Shown: positions 10,586 to 24,867 of the stretch, piece after piece
How the letters are laid out: every line of letters starts with the position of its first letter
How positions within the stretch are numbered: the first letter of the stretch is position 1
Translations under genes and position numbers: made by a program
Source of the DNA: Longimicrobiales bacterium
GTDB lineage: Bacteria > Gemmatimonadota > Gemmatimonadetes > Longimicrobiales > Gaopeijiaceae
DNA: 64,000 nt
Direction of reading: 5' to 3'
Assembly (NCBI GenBank): GCA_965238005.1
Contig: OZ250165.1
Span: forward strand, 128,001-192,000
Notes under the pieces: model-generated
Told to the model about the DNA's origin: nothing
Database searches by the model: none
The model's input: only the letters and a program-made list of their open reading frames with translations

Positions 10586-10670
10586 TTAGAAGCTCGCCGA
10601 ACAGCGTACGTATCTTTATACCGTGAGTATACGTACGGAGGCTTCATCACACAGCGGTCACACTGGCCAG

Positions 10671-10706
10671 GAAAATCGGCCCCCCGAGAGAACCCGAGAG
10701 GCCGTT
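10671..10706 (-). terminator. Rho-independent terminator after tRNA-Met
   Basis: Minus strand CGGCCTCTCGGG-TTCT-CTCGGGGGGCCG-ATTTT: 12-bp stem with G.U pairs and a short U tract. Confidence 0.65.
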
Positions 10707-10726
10707 TTCCGTTGTGGCGCCTAGAA

Positions 10727-10800
10727 TAGCGGAGGAGGGACTCGAACCCCCGACACGCGGATTATGATTCCGCTGCTCTAACCAGCTGAGCTACTCCGCC
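10727..10800 (-). tRNA. tRNA-Met (CAU), probably elongator; CCA not encoded
   Basis: Cloverleaf GGCGGAG TA GCTC AGCTGGTTA GAGC A GCGGA ATCATAA TCCGC GTGTC GGGGG TTCGAGT CCCTC CTCCGCT A. Confidence 0.95.
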
Positions 10801-10820
10801 CCCATGTTTTCGTGCCCCGA

Positions 10821-10849
10821 AAGCTGAAAGGAGACCTCAGGGGTGTCAA
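10821..10849 (-). promoter_or_regulatory. Putative sigma70 promoter of tRNA-Met
   Basis: TTGACA-17 nt-CAGCTT, 20 nt before the tRNA. Confidence 0.55.
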
Positions 10850-11008
10850 GACGGATCCCGGCCCCCTTCGTGCGGCATTCGTAATGTGGATCCGAAGATG
10901 CTCGGGCACGGTTCCGGCGAGTCATTTCAGGGGTGAAGGGGTATTCTTCCAGGCACGTAGTCTACGTGCGACACGACAACAGTCATTCCTGGCAAGAGGG
11001 GTCGTCTC

Positions 11009-11992
11009 ATGGACTTCGGAGCCTTTCTAATCCCCGCAGCCGTCGTAGCGGGAGTGGCCCTGCTCTCCAGCCTCCGCGTCCTCTACGAGTACGAGCGGGG
11101 AGTGGTCTTTCGCCTCGGGAAGCTCACCCGGGCCAAGGGCCCCGGTCTCATCTTCCTGGTCCCCTTCGCCATCGAGCGCATGAAGAAGATGGACCTCCGC
11201 ATCGTTGCGCTGGACATCGCACCCCAGGACACCATCACGAAGGACAACGTCAGTGTTAAGGTGAACGCGGTCGTGTACTTCCGGGTGGCGGACCCGGCCA
11301 AGGCCGTGGTGGAGATCGAGGACTACTACTTCGCCACGAGCCAGCTCGCCCAGACCACCCTCAGGAGCGTCATCGGACAATCGGAGCTCGACGAGATCTT
11401 GGTGGAGCGTGATAAGATCAACGATGTCGTCTGCCGGATCATCGACGAGGGGACGGACCCCTGGGGGATCGAGGTCACGTCCGTCGAGGTCAAGGACATC
11501 GACCTCCCTCACGAGATGAAGCGCGCCATGGCCAGGCAGGCCGAGGCAGAGCGGGAGCGCCGCGGCAAAGTCATCGCCGCCGCCGGCGAGGCCCAAGCCG
11601 CGGCGAAGCTCGCCGAGGCGGCAGAGATCATCCAGCACTATCCGGTAGCCATCCAGCTCCGGTTCCTGCAGACGATGGTCGAGATCGCGGCCGAGAACAA
11701 CTCCACGACGGTGTTCCCCATCCCCATGGACCTGTTCCAGCCCCTCGTCGAGGCCGGGGCGCGTTGGAAATCCGGTGAGCGACCCTCGCAAGAGGTGTTG
11801 AACGCAGCCAGCGAGGGAGCGGCTCTACCGGCGGGCGCCGATCAGGCCATCCTCGCCGAGGCCGCGAAGGCGTTCCTGGGCATCGGAAGTGGCAACCCGG
11901 CCTCCGAGCCGGCTACGGTCTCTGCCGAGTCGGATGGATCGGACGAGGACACCGGGGGCCCCGACACCGGGGCCCCCGAGGAGGACGCCTAG
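11009..11992 (+). CDS. SPFH/band 7 stomatin-like (slipin) protein
   Basis: [50 protein letters not shown]. Confidence 0.93.
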   Translation: MDFGAFLIPAAVVAGVALLSSLRVLYEYERGVVFRLGKLTRAKGPGLIFLVPFAIERMKKMDLRIVALDIAPQDTITKDNVSVKVNAVVYFRVADPAKAVVEIEDYYFATSQLAQTTLRSVIGQSELDEILVERDKINDVVCRIIDEGTDPWGIEVTSVEVKDIDLPHEMKRAMARQAEAERERRGKVIAAAGEAQAAAKLAEAAEIIQHYPVAIQLRFLQTMVEIAAENNSTTVFPIPMDLFQPLVEAGARWKSGERPSQEVLNAASEGAALPAGADQAILAEAAKAFLGIGSGNPASEPATVSAESDGSDEDTGGPDTGAPEEDA

Positions 11993-12088
11993 ACAGGCGG
12001 CTGCGGGACGGCTCGCCGGACGAGGACGTTCGGCTGCACGGGGACGCCTTGCCACTTCACCGGCCGAGGCCCCCTGGAAGATATCGCT

Positions 12089-14496
<2,408 letters not shown>

Positions 14497-14503
<7 letters not shown>

Positions 14504-15516
14504 GGGGCCTCCCTGGGCGTGAAGTGATCGAATCCACCCCCGCTCCCACCCCCGCCGAGGGATTTCCACCCGTCGATATGCACGCCCTCGCCCTCGAGCA
14601 CACGGCCAACATGCGTGAGCGGCGTCTCGAACCGCTCGCGGAATGCTTCGACCAGAGGACTCATGGCACCAGGAGCAGACGCGATGCAGAGCTCGTAGTC
14701 CTCCCCTCCGGACAGGGCGAGGTCGACATCGCCAACGTCCAGCTCAGGGTGGATCGGTATCAGATCGGACTCGATCTCGATGCACACCCCGGACGCCGCG
14801 GCCAGATGGCCCGCATCCCCCGCAAGGCCATCGGAGAGGTCTATCATGGCGTGCACGTCGCCGTGCTCGGCGAGCCATTGGGCCTCTTGGATACGGGCGA
14901 CGGGTCGCGCGAATGCCTCACGCAGCCCGCGGCCCGGCTCCGTGCCGGCATTCCATGCGCGAACGGCTCCGGAGCTGCCACCCAGGACGCCCGTCACCCA
15001 GATCTCGTCGCCGGCCACGGCTCCCCGGCGCATGACCGGCTCGGTCGCCTCCCCGAGCACCGTGACGTCGAGGACGACCGGTCCGGGTGAGGCCGTGAGG
15101 TCCCCGCCGACCAGGGCCATCCCGAGATCCCTGAGAGCGCTGCGGATGCCGTTGCCCAGCTCCGCCGACACGGCCTCAGCCTCGTCCGCCGATACGGCCA
15201 GAGAGATCAGTACGCCTACAGGTCTGGCAGCCATGGCCGCGAGGTCGCTGGCGGCCACCGTAACCGCGCGAAAGCCCACCTCCTCGAGTGAGATCCACGA
15301 TCTGCGAAAGTGTACGTCCTCCACCGACAGGTCCGTGCTCACCACGAGTCGCCCTGTCTGCAGCACGGCCGCGTCGTCTCCGGGACCCACGAGCACGGCG
15401 GGACCCAGGTCTTCCGACTCACCGAGTAGGGCCCGGATGAGATCGAACTCTCCTCCCGGACCCATGGGCGTGGTCCGGTCCGCTCCCGAGTCCCCGGGGG
15501 GGCGCGCCATCATCAC
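14497..15516 (-). CDS. thiL: Thiamine-monophosphate kinase
   Basis: EFDLI, GPGDDAAV, SDLAAMAA, GGDL, IDLSDGL, GGEDYEL. Confidence 0.95.
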
Positions 15517-17141
15517 CTGGCGGCGTCCTGGTCGAAGATCACGAAGGGCAGACCCAGATCGGTCTCACCGGGGCCGTCTTCCTCCCACACGGCGGGAAGC
15601 TCCTCGATGACGTCGGACGGGGTGAGGCCAGGGCCCTTGTCCGCCCTGATCGCCGCCCTGCCTGTCATGTAGAGAGCGAGGGCGCCTGCTACGTCCGGCG
15701 CGGAGCCCTGGGCGAGAAGCGCCCCGGCCACACCCGTGAGCACGTCCCCCATCCCCCCGGCGGCCAGATCAGAGGTGCCCACCGTGTCCACCCAGCACGT
15801 GCCGTGGGGGGGCACGACGATAGACGGCAGGCCCTTGAGAAGAACGGTGGCACCCGACTGGGCCGCGAAGGTCCTGGCGGCCGACATCCTGTCTTCCGCA
15901 ATGGTCTCCCCCGACAGGCCCGACAGGCCCTTCATCTCGCCGAGATGGGGCGTCACCAGCACGTCCCGTCCCTGGGCCCAACTAGCCACGCCGGGACCCT
16001 CACCGGAAGCCGCCAGATTCAACGCGTCGGCATCCAGCACCGTCGGACGGCCGTCGGTGGCCTCGAGAATCACCTCGAGAAGCGCCGCCCCTTCGGCCCC
16101 GTCTCCCAAACCGGGACCGGCGGCCACGGCGTGTGAGGCCGCCGCCGCCTTCCTCACCGCCTCCGGGTCATCGCCGGGAACGAAGACAGCCTCGGGAACC
16201 GACCCCTGAATGATCTCCCGGTTCTCCGCTGCCGAGGCGACACGAAGGAGGCCTATGCCTGCGCGCAGGGCTGCCCTGGCCGCCATTACCGCCGCCCCCG
16301 CCATGCCGGACCGGCCGGCAACGAGAAGTAGAACACCCACCCGGTTCTTGTGTGTGTCAGGCTCCCTGCGCGGTCGCCGCTCGGACGCCCACGCAGGCGT
16401 CACCGCCGCCGCCCCAAACGCGCTCTCGCCGGCGGGCGGGAAACCGATCTCCACGGCGATCAACCGCCCGACATTGGTCCTGGCGGGCTGTAGGAAGGTG
16501 CCAAGCTTCGGCCAGCCCAGGGCCACGGTCACCTGCGCAGCGACGGCCTCCCCGTCGATCCGCCCCGTGTCCGCATCGATGCCGGAGGGTGCGTCCAGCG
16601 CGAAGACCGGGCGCGGGGATCGGTTGATGGCCTGGATCGCCATGGCCTGGCGGGCCCGGGGCGCTCCCTTTATGCCGGTGCCGAGGATCCCGTCTACGAT
16701 AACGGCGGCGTCGCCCAGGACGGAGTCAAGCAGCCGTCTGTCGCCTGACCCGCCGCTGGGAGCACCCCCGCTGGGAGCACCCCCCGTCCCGTCGTCCCCG
16801 CCGTCGCTCAGGAGTGGCACGTCCCAGCCATGGAGCAGCGGATCGTCCTCGGGGCGATCGGCGACGAGCACGGCCTTCACGGGTCGACCCCAAGAGCGCA
16901 GCGTTCGGAGAAGCACGAGACCGTCGCCTCCGTTGTTTCCCGCCCCGATGAGCGCCACGGCCTCGCCTCGCGGGAAGAGGCGATCGAGGACCTGTGCGGC
17001 GGATCGCCCTGCGCACTCCATCAGGGTGACCTGGGGCACGCCCTGCTCGTCGATGGCCATGCGGTCGAACGCGGCCGCCTCCGCCCCGGTCGGAGCCCAC
17101 ACGCGTGGTCCTCCGAAGGGCCGGATAGGGATCCCCGTCAT
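15513..17141 (-). CDS. nnr: Bifunctional NAD(P)H-hydrate epimerase/dehydratase
   Basis: YjeF_N motifs LMECAG, GNNGGDG, DAPSG; kinase-like motifs LDADAL, TPHLGE, GGMGDVLTG. Confidence 0.93.
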   Translation of the reverse strand: MTGIPIRPFGGPRVWAPTGAEAAAFDRMAIDEQGVPQVTLMECAGRSAAQVLDRLFPRGEAVALIGAGNNGGDGLVLLRTLRSWGRPVKAVLVADRPEDDPLLHGWDVPLLSDGGDDGTGGAPSGGAPSGGSGDRRLLDSVLGDAAVIVDGILGTGIKGAPRARQAMAIQAINRSPRPVFALDAPSGIDADTGRIDGEAVAAQVTVALGWPKLGTFLQPARTNVGRLIAVEIGFPPAGESAFGAAAVTPAWASERRPRREPDTHKNRVGVLLLVAGRSGMAGAAVMAARAALRAGIGLLRVASAAENREIIQGSVPEAVFVPGDDPEAVRKAAAASHAVAAGPGLGDGAEGAALLEVILEATDGRPTVLDADALNLAASGEGPGVASWAQGRDVLVTPHLGEMKGLSGLSGETIAEDRMSAARTFAAQSGATVLLKGLPSIVVPPHGTCWVDTVGTSDLAAGGMGDVLTGVAGALLAQGSAPDVAGALALYMTGRAAIRADKGPGLTPSDVIEELPAVWEEDGPGETDLGLPFVIFDQDAAR

Positions 17142-17270
17142 GACCTTCCGCCGCACCGGGCCAACCCGCGGGCAGGCCGGGTCGAGCTCGAGTTCAGTGG
17201 TGGCAGGTCCGACGAGAAGAGGCGGCTGGCGGGCACTGAACGCCGGTCAGGCCGGACAGGAGGAAGGGAC

Positions 17271-17468
17271 CTACTTGTAGCTCTGGCCGATGCTGCGTCC
17301 CAGCGAAATCTCCCCATTATCGATCCGGATGTTGAACCCGCAGTCAGGGTTGGAGCACACCCAGGCCTTATAACGGATAGCAGCACCGTCGCGTCCATAA
17401 TCCGAAAGGGGTAACAGGATCCCCGGTTCGCACTTCAGGCAAGTAGGAAACCCAGATTCTTCCGGCAT
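17271..17468 (-). CDS. Small putative zinc-ribbon protein (65 aa)
   Basis: CLKC and CSNPDC cysteine pairs; GGAGG RBS upstream. Confidence 0.75.
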   Translation of the reverse strand: MPEESGFPTCLKCEPGILLPLSDYGRDGAAIRYKAWVCSNPDCGFNIRIDNGEISLGRSIGQSYK

Positions 17469-17588
17469 GTCCAAACCCCTCCCCACAGCGTTATGAGTTT
17501 GGCGAGCCCCCTGCCGGCGAACCGGCAGACGTGCAGGCGCCGCTCCGTTGTCGTGCTCAACATCGAATGTGGCCCGAAGGCCGATCCT

Positions 17589-17969
17589 TCAGATCCCCGG
17601 ACTCCAGGGATAATTTTGCTCGAATGCTTCCTCGAAGTCGAAAACGTCACGGAAGTCCTCGGGGCTGTCCCCGTCCTGCCTGATCAGGACACCACAGTCG
17701 ACGAGCGCGAAGACGATGTCGCCCAGATCTTCGGTCGTGTGGATACCCCAATGCTGCAAAACGGTCCTGGCCATGGGTCCGAAGCGATCCAAGGCGAGAC
17801 GACGGACCCCGTCGGCGAGCTCCTGGCCCGAGATGTGCCGAGGCTCATCCAGCCCTTCCATCACCTGGTGGAGTGACGAAAGCAGAAAGAGGTACGCCTT
17901 CCCGTGGAAACGGGGGTGCTTTTCTTGGAGCTGATCCAAGACCTCTTCGGCAAATTGAAGCTCGGTCAT
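17589..17969 (-). CDS. Conserved hypothetical protein, Minf_1886-like family
   Basis: AYLFL, RHISGQEL, FGPMARTVLQHWGI, DLGDIVFALVD, DSPEDF..VFDFEEAF pattern. Confidence 0.8.
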   Translation of the reverse strand: MTELQFAEEVLDQLQEKHPRFHGKAYLFLLSSLHQVMEGLDEPRHISGQELADGVRRLALDRFGPMARTVLQHWGIHTTEDLGDIVFALVDCGVLIRQDGDSPEDFRDVFDFEEAFEQNYPWSPGI

Positions 17970-18028
17970 AGGGGAAATGTTACGCGCTCGTCGTCCTGGC
18001 GCCAGGCTGGCCCGGACGCTAGTGGCCG

Positions 18029-19288
18029 CTAGACCCGTGCTGCAAGCTCTTGATAGAGCGGGAATGCCTGGCACATCTCGTCGATCTTCCGGCGAACACC
18101 GCTGATCATGTTTTCGTCGGTCGGGTCGGCCAGCACGGTGACGATCCAATCGGCGATCTGTCGCATGTCGGCTTCACGAAGCCCCCGGGTCGTCACGGCA
18201 GAGGTCCCGATGCGGAGTCCCGAGGTGACGAACGGGGACCGGGTCTCTCCCGGAACCGTGTTCTTGTTGACCGTCATCCCCGCCAGCTCCAGAGCCTTTT
18301 CTGCCTCCTTGCCTGTGAGCTCTTCGTGACTCTTGCAAAGGTCCACGAGAAGCAGGTGGGTGTCGGTGCCCCCGCTGACCAGGAAGAGTCCATGCTCCAA
18401 CAAACCCTCGGCGAGGGCCCGGGCGTTGGCGACGATCTGGCGCTGATAGCTCTTGAAGTCGGGCTGCAGCGCCTCCCTAAACGCCACCGCCTTCGCGGCG
18501 ATGATGTGCATCAAGGGGCCTCCTTGCGTGCCCGGGAAGACCGACTTGTCAATGGCCTTCGCGTGCTCCTCCTTACAGAGGATGAGCCCACCCCTGGGTC
18601 CCCGCAGCGTCTTGTGGGTCGTCGAGGTCACCACGTCGGAGTGGGGCACAGGACTCGGATGGAGCTCGCCGGCCACGAGCCCCGCGATGTGGGCCATGTC
18701 TACCATCATGCAAGCGTCCACCTCTCGTGCGATCTCGCCGAAGGTCTCGAAATCGAGGATGCGAGGATAAGCGCTCGCCCCCGCCACGATCATCTTCGGG
18801 CGCGCCTCTAATGCCTGCTCACGGAGGGCGTCGTAGTCGATTCGCCCATCGGACTCGCGAATCCCGTACGCCACCACTTCGAAGAGCTGGCCGCTGAAGT
18901 TCACGGGCGATCCGTGGGTCAGGTGGCCCCCGTGACTCAGGTGCATTCCGAGGATTCTATCCCCGGGCTCCAGGAAGGCGAAGTACGCCGCCATGTTCGC
19001 CTGAGCTCCGGAGTGGGCCTGAACGTTGGCGTGATCGGCCCCGAAGAGCTCCATGGCACGACTACGGGCGAGCTCTTCCGCCACGTCCACGTGCTCGCAA
19101 CCGCCGTAGTACCGCTTGCCCGGAAGCCCCTCGGCGTACTTGTTGGCCATAACGGTCCCCATGGCCTGCAGAACGGCCCGGGAGACGAAGTTCTCGCTGG
19201 CGATGAGCTCGAGCTGGGAGGACTGGCGCTCCGCCTCGGCTCGTATGGCCTCGAAGATCTCCGGGTCTGTGCTTTTCAAGTGGTCCAT
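18029..19288 (-). CDS. glyA: Serine hydroxymethyltransferase
   Basis: [33 protein letters not shown]. Confidence 0.99.
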   Translation of the reverse strand: MDHLKSTDPEIFEAIRAEAERQSSQLELIASENFVSRAVLQAMGTVMANKYAEGLPGKRYYGGCEHVDVAEELARSRAMELFGADHANVQAHSGAQANMAAYFAFLEPGDRILGMHLSHGGHLTHGSPVNFSGQLFEVVAYGIRESDGRIDYDALREQALEARPKMIVAGASAYPRILDFETFGEIAREVDACMMVDMAHIAGLVAGELHPSPVPHSDVVTSTTHKTLRGPRGGLILCKEEHAKAIDKSVFPGTQGGPLMHIIAAKAVAFREALQPDFKSYQRQIVANARALAEGLLEHGLFLVSGGTDTHLLLVDLCKSHEELTGKEAEKALELAGMTVNKNTVPGETRSPFVTSGLRIGTSAVTTRGLREADMRQIADWIVTVLADPTDENMISGVRRKIDEMCQAFPLYQELAARV

Positions 19289-19323
19289 GGCGGCTCGAAG
19301 CTATCGACGGAGGTGGATCGGGA

Positions 19324-20379
19324 CTAGACGTGGCTGCGCCGGAGGTTGCGCGCCTCGATGACGCGCTGCCAGGCGACCCGGTCCGCGGCCTCGCTGGTGG
19401 GGATATTCTCGGCCTGTGCCCTCCGGAAGATGCGGAGGAGCGTGTCGTAGATGGCCCCCGCCTTCTTCTTGCTCTGCTCGGGCGTCCAGCCCTGCAGCTC
19501 ACCGTACACGTTGCACAGCCCGCCGGCGTTGATCACGTAGTCCGGCGCGTAGAGAATCCCCTGGTCGTGAATGGGCTGCCCGTGACGCGCCTCCGCCAGC
19601 TGGTTGTTGGCTGCCCCCGCCACGATGTCCATCTTGAGCACCTTCAAGGTGTCGTCGTTGATCACAGCGCCCAGCGCGCACGGCGCAAAGATGTCGGCGT
19701 CCACTCCGTAGACGTCCTCGCTGCCGACGGCCGTGGCTCCGAAATCGTCTACGACCCGCTGGATCCGCCCCTCGTCGATGTCGGTGACCGTGAGCTTGGC
19801 CCCGTCGGCCGCCAGGTCCTCACACAGGTGGTATCCCACGTGTCCGACTCCCTGGACGACGACGTGCTTGCCCTCCAGCGAATCGTCACCGTAGCGGAAC
19901 TGGGCGCACGCCTTGATGCCCCGGTAGACTCCGAACGCCGTGATGGGCGACGGGTCTCCGGAGCCCTCTTTCAGGCCGGTTACCGAGTCCGTCTCCATAC
20001 GGACGTACTCCATGTCGTCCACCGATGTACCGACGTCCTCGGCCGTAAGGTAGCGCCCCTTGAGCGACTCCACCGCCCGGCCGTGGGCGCGGAAGATCAT
20101 CTCCCGTTCCGTGGTCCGGTTGTCGCCGAGGATCGCGGACTTGCCGCCACCCAGGTTCAGGCCAGTGATGGCGGCCTTGTAGGTCATTCCGCGGGAGAGG
20201 CGCAGAACGTCGGTGACGGCCTCGGCCTCCGAGGAGTAGTTCAAAAAGCGGGTGCCGCCGAGGGCCGGCCCCAGCGTGGTGTCGTGGATCGCTATGAGCC
20301 CCCTATACCCGATGGACGGCTCGCTCCAGAAGACGAGCTGCTCGTGACCCCACTTGGCCATCGCGTCAAATATCTCCAT
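19324..20379 (-). CDS. Leucine dehydrogenase (Glu/Leu/Phe/Val DH family)
   Basis: HDTTLGPALGGTR, RGMTYKAA, GGGK, TAEDVGT, GAANNQL, PDYVINAGG. Confidence 0.92.
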   Translation of the reverse strand: MEIFDAMAKWGHEQLVFWSEPSIGYRGLIAIHDTTLGPALGGTRFLNYSSEAEAVTDVLRLSRGMTYKAAITGLNLGGGKSAILGDNRTTEREMIFRAHGRAVESLKGRYLTAEDVGTSVDDMEYVRMETDSVTGLKEGSGDPSPITAFGVYRGIKACAQFRYGDDSLEGKHVVVQGVGHVGYHLCEDLAADGAKLTVTDIDEGRIQRVVDDFGATAVGSEDVYGVDADIFAPCALGAVINDDTLKVLKMDIVAGAANNQLAEARHGQPIHDQGILYAPDYVINAGGLCNVYGELQGWTPEQSKKKAGAIYDTLLRIFRRAQAENIPTSEAADRVAWQRVIEARNLRRSHV

Positions 20380-20470
20380 CACTCCGTTATCTCAATCACT
20401 CCGTCGACCTCTTCCTCAAGAGTTTGCGTTTGCCGAAGTCAGAGTGTGCCGGACGATAGACGTGACTAGG

Positions 20471-21673
<1,203 letters not shown>

Positions 21674-21681
21674 GGCTAGAG

Positions 21682-22539
21682 TCAGGCGTCATACTCGTAG
21701 AACCCACGACCCGTCTTGCGGCCGAGCCAACCGGCCGCCACGTACTTGCGAAGGAGGGGGCACGGCCGGTAGCGGTCGTCTCCCAGCTCCCTGTGGAGGA
21801 TCTCCATGATGCTGAGGCACGTGTCCAGACCGATGAAGTCGGCAAGGGCCAGCGGACCCATGGGGTGGTTCATCCCGAGCGTCATGACCGCGTCGATGGC
21901 CTCTGCGTCGGCCACACCCTCCATGAGGGCGAAGACGGCCTCGTTGATCATGGGGCCGAGGATGCGATTCGACACGAACCCCGGGAAGTCGTTCACCTCC
22001 ACCGGAGTCTTGCCGAGCTCCTCGGACAGGCCGACCACCGCGGCCGTCGTCCCGTCGCTCGTGGCCAGGCCGCGAATGATCTCGATGAGCTTCATGACCG
22101 GCACCGGGTTCATGAAGTGCATCCCGATCACCCGGTCTGCCCGGCCCGTCTCCGCCGCGATGGCCGTGATGGAGATCGACGACGTGTTGCTCGCCAGAAT
22201 CGTCTCGGATGCAACCATGCCGTCGAGGCGCCGGAACAGGTCGAACTTGAGCTCGGCGTTCTCCGGAACCGCCTCGACCACCAGCTGGGTCCCCTCCACC
22301 GCCTCCTCCAGGGAGGTGGTGGGCCGGATTCGCCCGAGAGTCTCGTCCCGGCCAGGCTCATCGATGATCTCCTTCTTCACCTGCCGATCCAGGTTCTTCG
22401 AGATCGTGGCGAGAGCGTTATCCAGAACCTCTTGTGACACGTCCGTGAGACGCACGTCGCGGCCGTGCTGGGCACACACATGAGCGATCCCGTTGCCCAT
22501 GGTGCCTCCACCGATCACCGTAATCCTTTCTATCGTCAT
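21682..22539 (-). CDS. hbd: 3-hydroxybutyryl-CoA dehydrogenase
   Basis: [41 protein letters not shown] at 22539 follows GAGGA. Confidence 0.93.
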   Translation of the reverse strand: MTIERITVIGGGTMGNGIAHVCAQHGRDVRLTDVSQEVLDNALATISKNLDRQVKKEIIDEPGRDETLGRIRPTTSLEEAVEGTQLVVEAVPENAELKFDLFRRLDGMVASETILASNTSSISITAIAAETGRADRVIGMHFMNPVPVMKLIEIIRGLATSDGTTAAVVGLSEELGKTPVEVNDFPGFVSNRILGPMINEAVFALMEGVADAEAIDAVMTLGMNHPMGPLALADFIGLDTCLSIMEILHRELGDDRYRPCPLLRKYVAAGWLGRKTGRGFYEYDA

Positions 22540-22592
22540 GCCGTCCTCGGCTCTCTGAACAAGACTTGTTCCGCGGCGGCTGGAAGCGTGTC

Positions 22593-22778
22593 CTAGTGTT
22601 CCGTTTCCCAAGTTCGCGAGCCACCAAGAGGGTCGGGGCGCCGTGGGATGAAGGCGGGACGACACGGCGTAGCGCAAGCGGGCACCGCGGGAAGCGTGGT
22701 CGTAAGGAGTCCCAACGCCCAGCCCACGGATGCACCGTGCCCTCGACTGGCCGAGACACTTTGGTAACGGGACACTAG
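22593..22778. mobile_element. 186-bp MITE-like repeat, copy 1
   Basis: CTAGTGTTCCGTT...AACGGGACACTAG imperfect TIRs, TA at both ends; right end includes the thiolase TAG stop. Confidence 0.85.
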
Positions 22779-23986
22779 GACTTCTCGACCGAGAGGGCGA
22801 CGGCGTTCCCTCCCCCGAGGCAGAGCGAGGCCAGCCCCGTCTCGACGCTCCGATCATCCATGGCGTTCAGCAACGTCACCAGGATGCGAGCGCCGGACGC
22901 ACCGATGGGGTGTCCCAGCGCCACCGCGCCACCGTGCACGTTCACCCGGTCCGGATCGACCTCCAACTCCCTCATGTCCGCCAGGGCCTGCACGGCGAAC
23001 GCCTCGTTGAGCTCGAAGAGACCATAGTCGCCGACGCCCCTCCCCTCCTTGGCCATGAGGTTCCGCACTGCGGCAATGGGGGCGAAGAAGAGATCCTTCG
23101 GCTCGGTTCCGCTGGCGGCGTATCCGGAGATGGTGGCCTCCACGGTCAACCCATGGGTCTCGGCGAACTCCAGCGACGTCACGACCAAAGCCGCAGCGGC
23201 GTCGTTGAGCCCCGGCGTGTTGCCTGCCGTCACGACCAGCTCGTCGAGGCCCTGGGGAGCGTCCTTGGGGAACGCCGGTCGGAGCTTGCCCAGAGCCTCG
23301 AGGGACGTCTCACGTCTCGGCGACTCGTCGGTGTCGACGACCGTGGTGCCCCGACGCGTCTCGATGGAGACCGGAACGATCTCGGCGTCGAACTTGCCCT
23401 CGTCCATGGCCGCCACAGCGCGCGTATGAGAGCGGAGCGAGAACTCGTCCGCATCTCGTCTCGTGATACCCGCCTTCGCAGCAGTGTACTCCGCGTGCCC
23501 CCCCATATGGCAGTGGCCGAACGCACACCAGAGGCCATCCAGGATGAGCCCGTCCTCGAGCTTCTGATCGCCGACCTTCACCCCTGAGCGGAGTCCCCGA
23601 AGGTAGAACGGGACGTTCGACATTGATTCCATGCCCCCCGCCACCACCGCCTTGGCATCGCCTGCGCGGATGGCCTGGGCGGCCAGCATCACTGCCTTGA
23701 GGCCCGATCCACAGACCTTGTTGATCGTGACAGAGGGCACCGTGGCCGGGATTCCGGCGCTGATGGCCGCCTGGCGGGCGGGGGCCTGCCCTTCGCCGGC
23801 CACCACGACGTTCCCCATGATGACTTCGTCGACGGCGGTGACGTCGATACCGGAGCGCTCCACGGCCGCGCCGATGGCCACGGCGCCCAGCTCTGGCGCC
23901 GACAGGGGGCCGAGGCCGCCCAGGAAGCGTCCAATGGGGGTACGGGCTCCGGCGACGATTACCGGAATCCTCGCCTTATCGCTCAT
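22775..23986 (-). CDS. Acetyl-CoA C-acetyltransferase (thiolase)
   Basis: [33 protein letters not shown]. Confidence 0.96.
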   Translation of the reverse strand: MSDKARIPVIVAGARTPIGRFLGGLGPLSAPELGAVAIGAAVERSGIDVTAVDEVIMGNVVVAGEGQAPARQAAISAGIPATVPSVTINKVCGSGLKAVMLAAQAIRAGDAKAVVAGGMESMSNVPFYLRGLRSGVKVGDQKLEDGLILDGLWCAFGHCHMGGHAEYTAAKAGITRRDADEFSLRSHTRAVAAMDEGKFDAEIVPVSIETRRGTTVVDTDESPRRETSLEALGKLRPAFPKDAPQGLDELVVTAGNTPGLNDAAAALVVTSLEFAETHGLTVEATISGYAASGTEPKDLFFAPIAAVRNLMAKEGRGVGDYGLFELNEAFAVQALADMRELEVDPDRVNVHGGAVALGHPIGASGARILVTLLNAMDDRSVETGLASLCLGGGNAVALSVEKS

Positions 23987-24867
23987 GAATGCATCGTCTT
24001 TCCAGGTTCTGATCCGTCCGGCCAGACGCCGTCGCGACTGGGGCCCAGCAGGGATAGCTGCTGGCCTTGCCGGGGTCGTGACGGGCGGCGGCGCTTCCGC
24101 AGGAAGACCTTCAGGGACTCGAGGTCCGTGACGCCCTGGTTGGCGGCCTCATCCAGGAGTCGGAGCAGGACGCGAGCCGTTGCCAGGGCGTCTCCGTGGG
24201 CCCGGTGGCGAGCCGTGATCTCGATGTCGAAATGACGGGCCAGTGAATCCAGGTTACGGCGCCGGAGCCGGGGAAGGATGCGGCGAGCCATGCGCACGGT
24301 GCAGAGGCGCTCGACCCGAGGAACCTCGCCGATGGCCTCGGCCAGCTGCTGGCTCACGAACCCCCAGTCGAAACGCGCGTTGTGCGCGACGAAAACCCGA
24401 TCCCGGAGTCGCTCGAGAATGTCGGGCGCGATCTGATCGAAGTAGGGGGCAGAGGACACGATGTCGTTGGTGATGCCAGTGAGCGCGGCGATGCGGGGAG
24501 GAATGCCCCGGCCTGGATTGACCAGGGTTCGGTACTCGCCGGCCACGACTCCGTCGCGGACCTCGTAGATTGCCACTTCCGTGATCCGATGCCCCAGCCG
24601 GTAAGGACCACCGGTGGTTTCCACGTCCACGACCGCGTATCGCAGATCGGCCAGGGGAGTGCCGGGCCGTGGCCTCTGAAGAGACCAAAGACCCTCGGAA
24701 TCGACATGAAACCGGGAATCCGAACCGAGGAGGGTGAAGACGGCGGCCGAAGCGGCCCCGGGATTCCCTGAAAGACCCAGGACCTCTCTCGCCAAGTCGA
24801 GCGTGTGCGTGGAACTCCGCTCCAAAACGGAGGCGGCACGGTGGATCAGGCCCCGGTCGCCCTTCAC
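23983..24867 (-). CDS. DEDDh 3'-5' exonuclease (Pol III epsilon-like) with N-terminal extension
   Basis: VVDVETTG, VAHNARFD, LCT, HRAHGDA. Confidence 0.88.
   Translation of the reverse strand: MKGDRGLIHRAASVLERSSTHTLDLAREVLGLSGNPGAASAAVFTLLGSDSRFHVDSEGLWSLQRPRPGTPLADLRYAVVDVETTGGPYRLGHRITEVAIYEVRDGVVAGEYRTLVNPGRGIPPRIAALTGITNDIVSSAPYFDQIAPDILERLRDRVFVAHNARFDWGFVSQQLAEAIGEVPRVERLCTVRMARRILPRLRRRNLDSLARHFDIEITARHRAHGDALATARVLLRLLDEAANQGVTDLESLKVFLRKRRRPSRPRQGQQLSLLGPSRDGVWPDGSEPGKTMHS

Noticed and set aside
9766..10726. Intact genomic island with an att duplication
   Set aside because: No direct repeat of the tRNA 3' end and no integrase found
10727..10800. Initiator tRNA-fMet or tRNA-Ile2
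   Set aside because: G1.U72 pair and no run of three G:C pairs argue against initiator; it resembles elongator Met, though Ile2 is not fully excluded without a classifier
16755..16785. 15-bp duplication (GGAPS twice) in nnr
   Set aside because: Short in-frame loop duplication with no evident significance
22540..22857. N-terminal extension of hbd (likewise dnaJ to 41637) and about 60-aa ORFs inside the repeat
   Set aside because: They arise from open frames through the MITE; family homology and RBS-backed starts begin at 22539 and 41451
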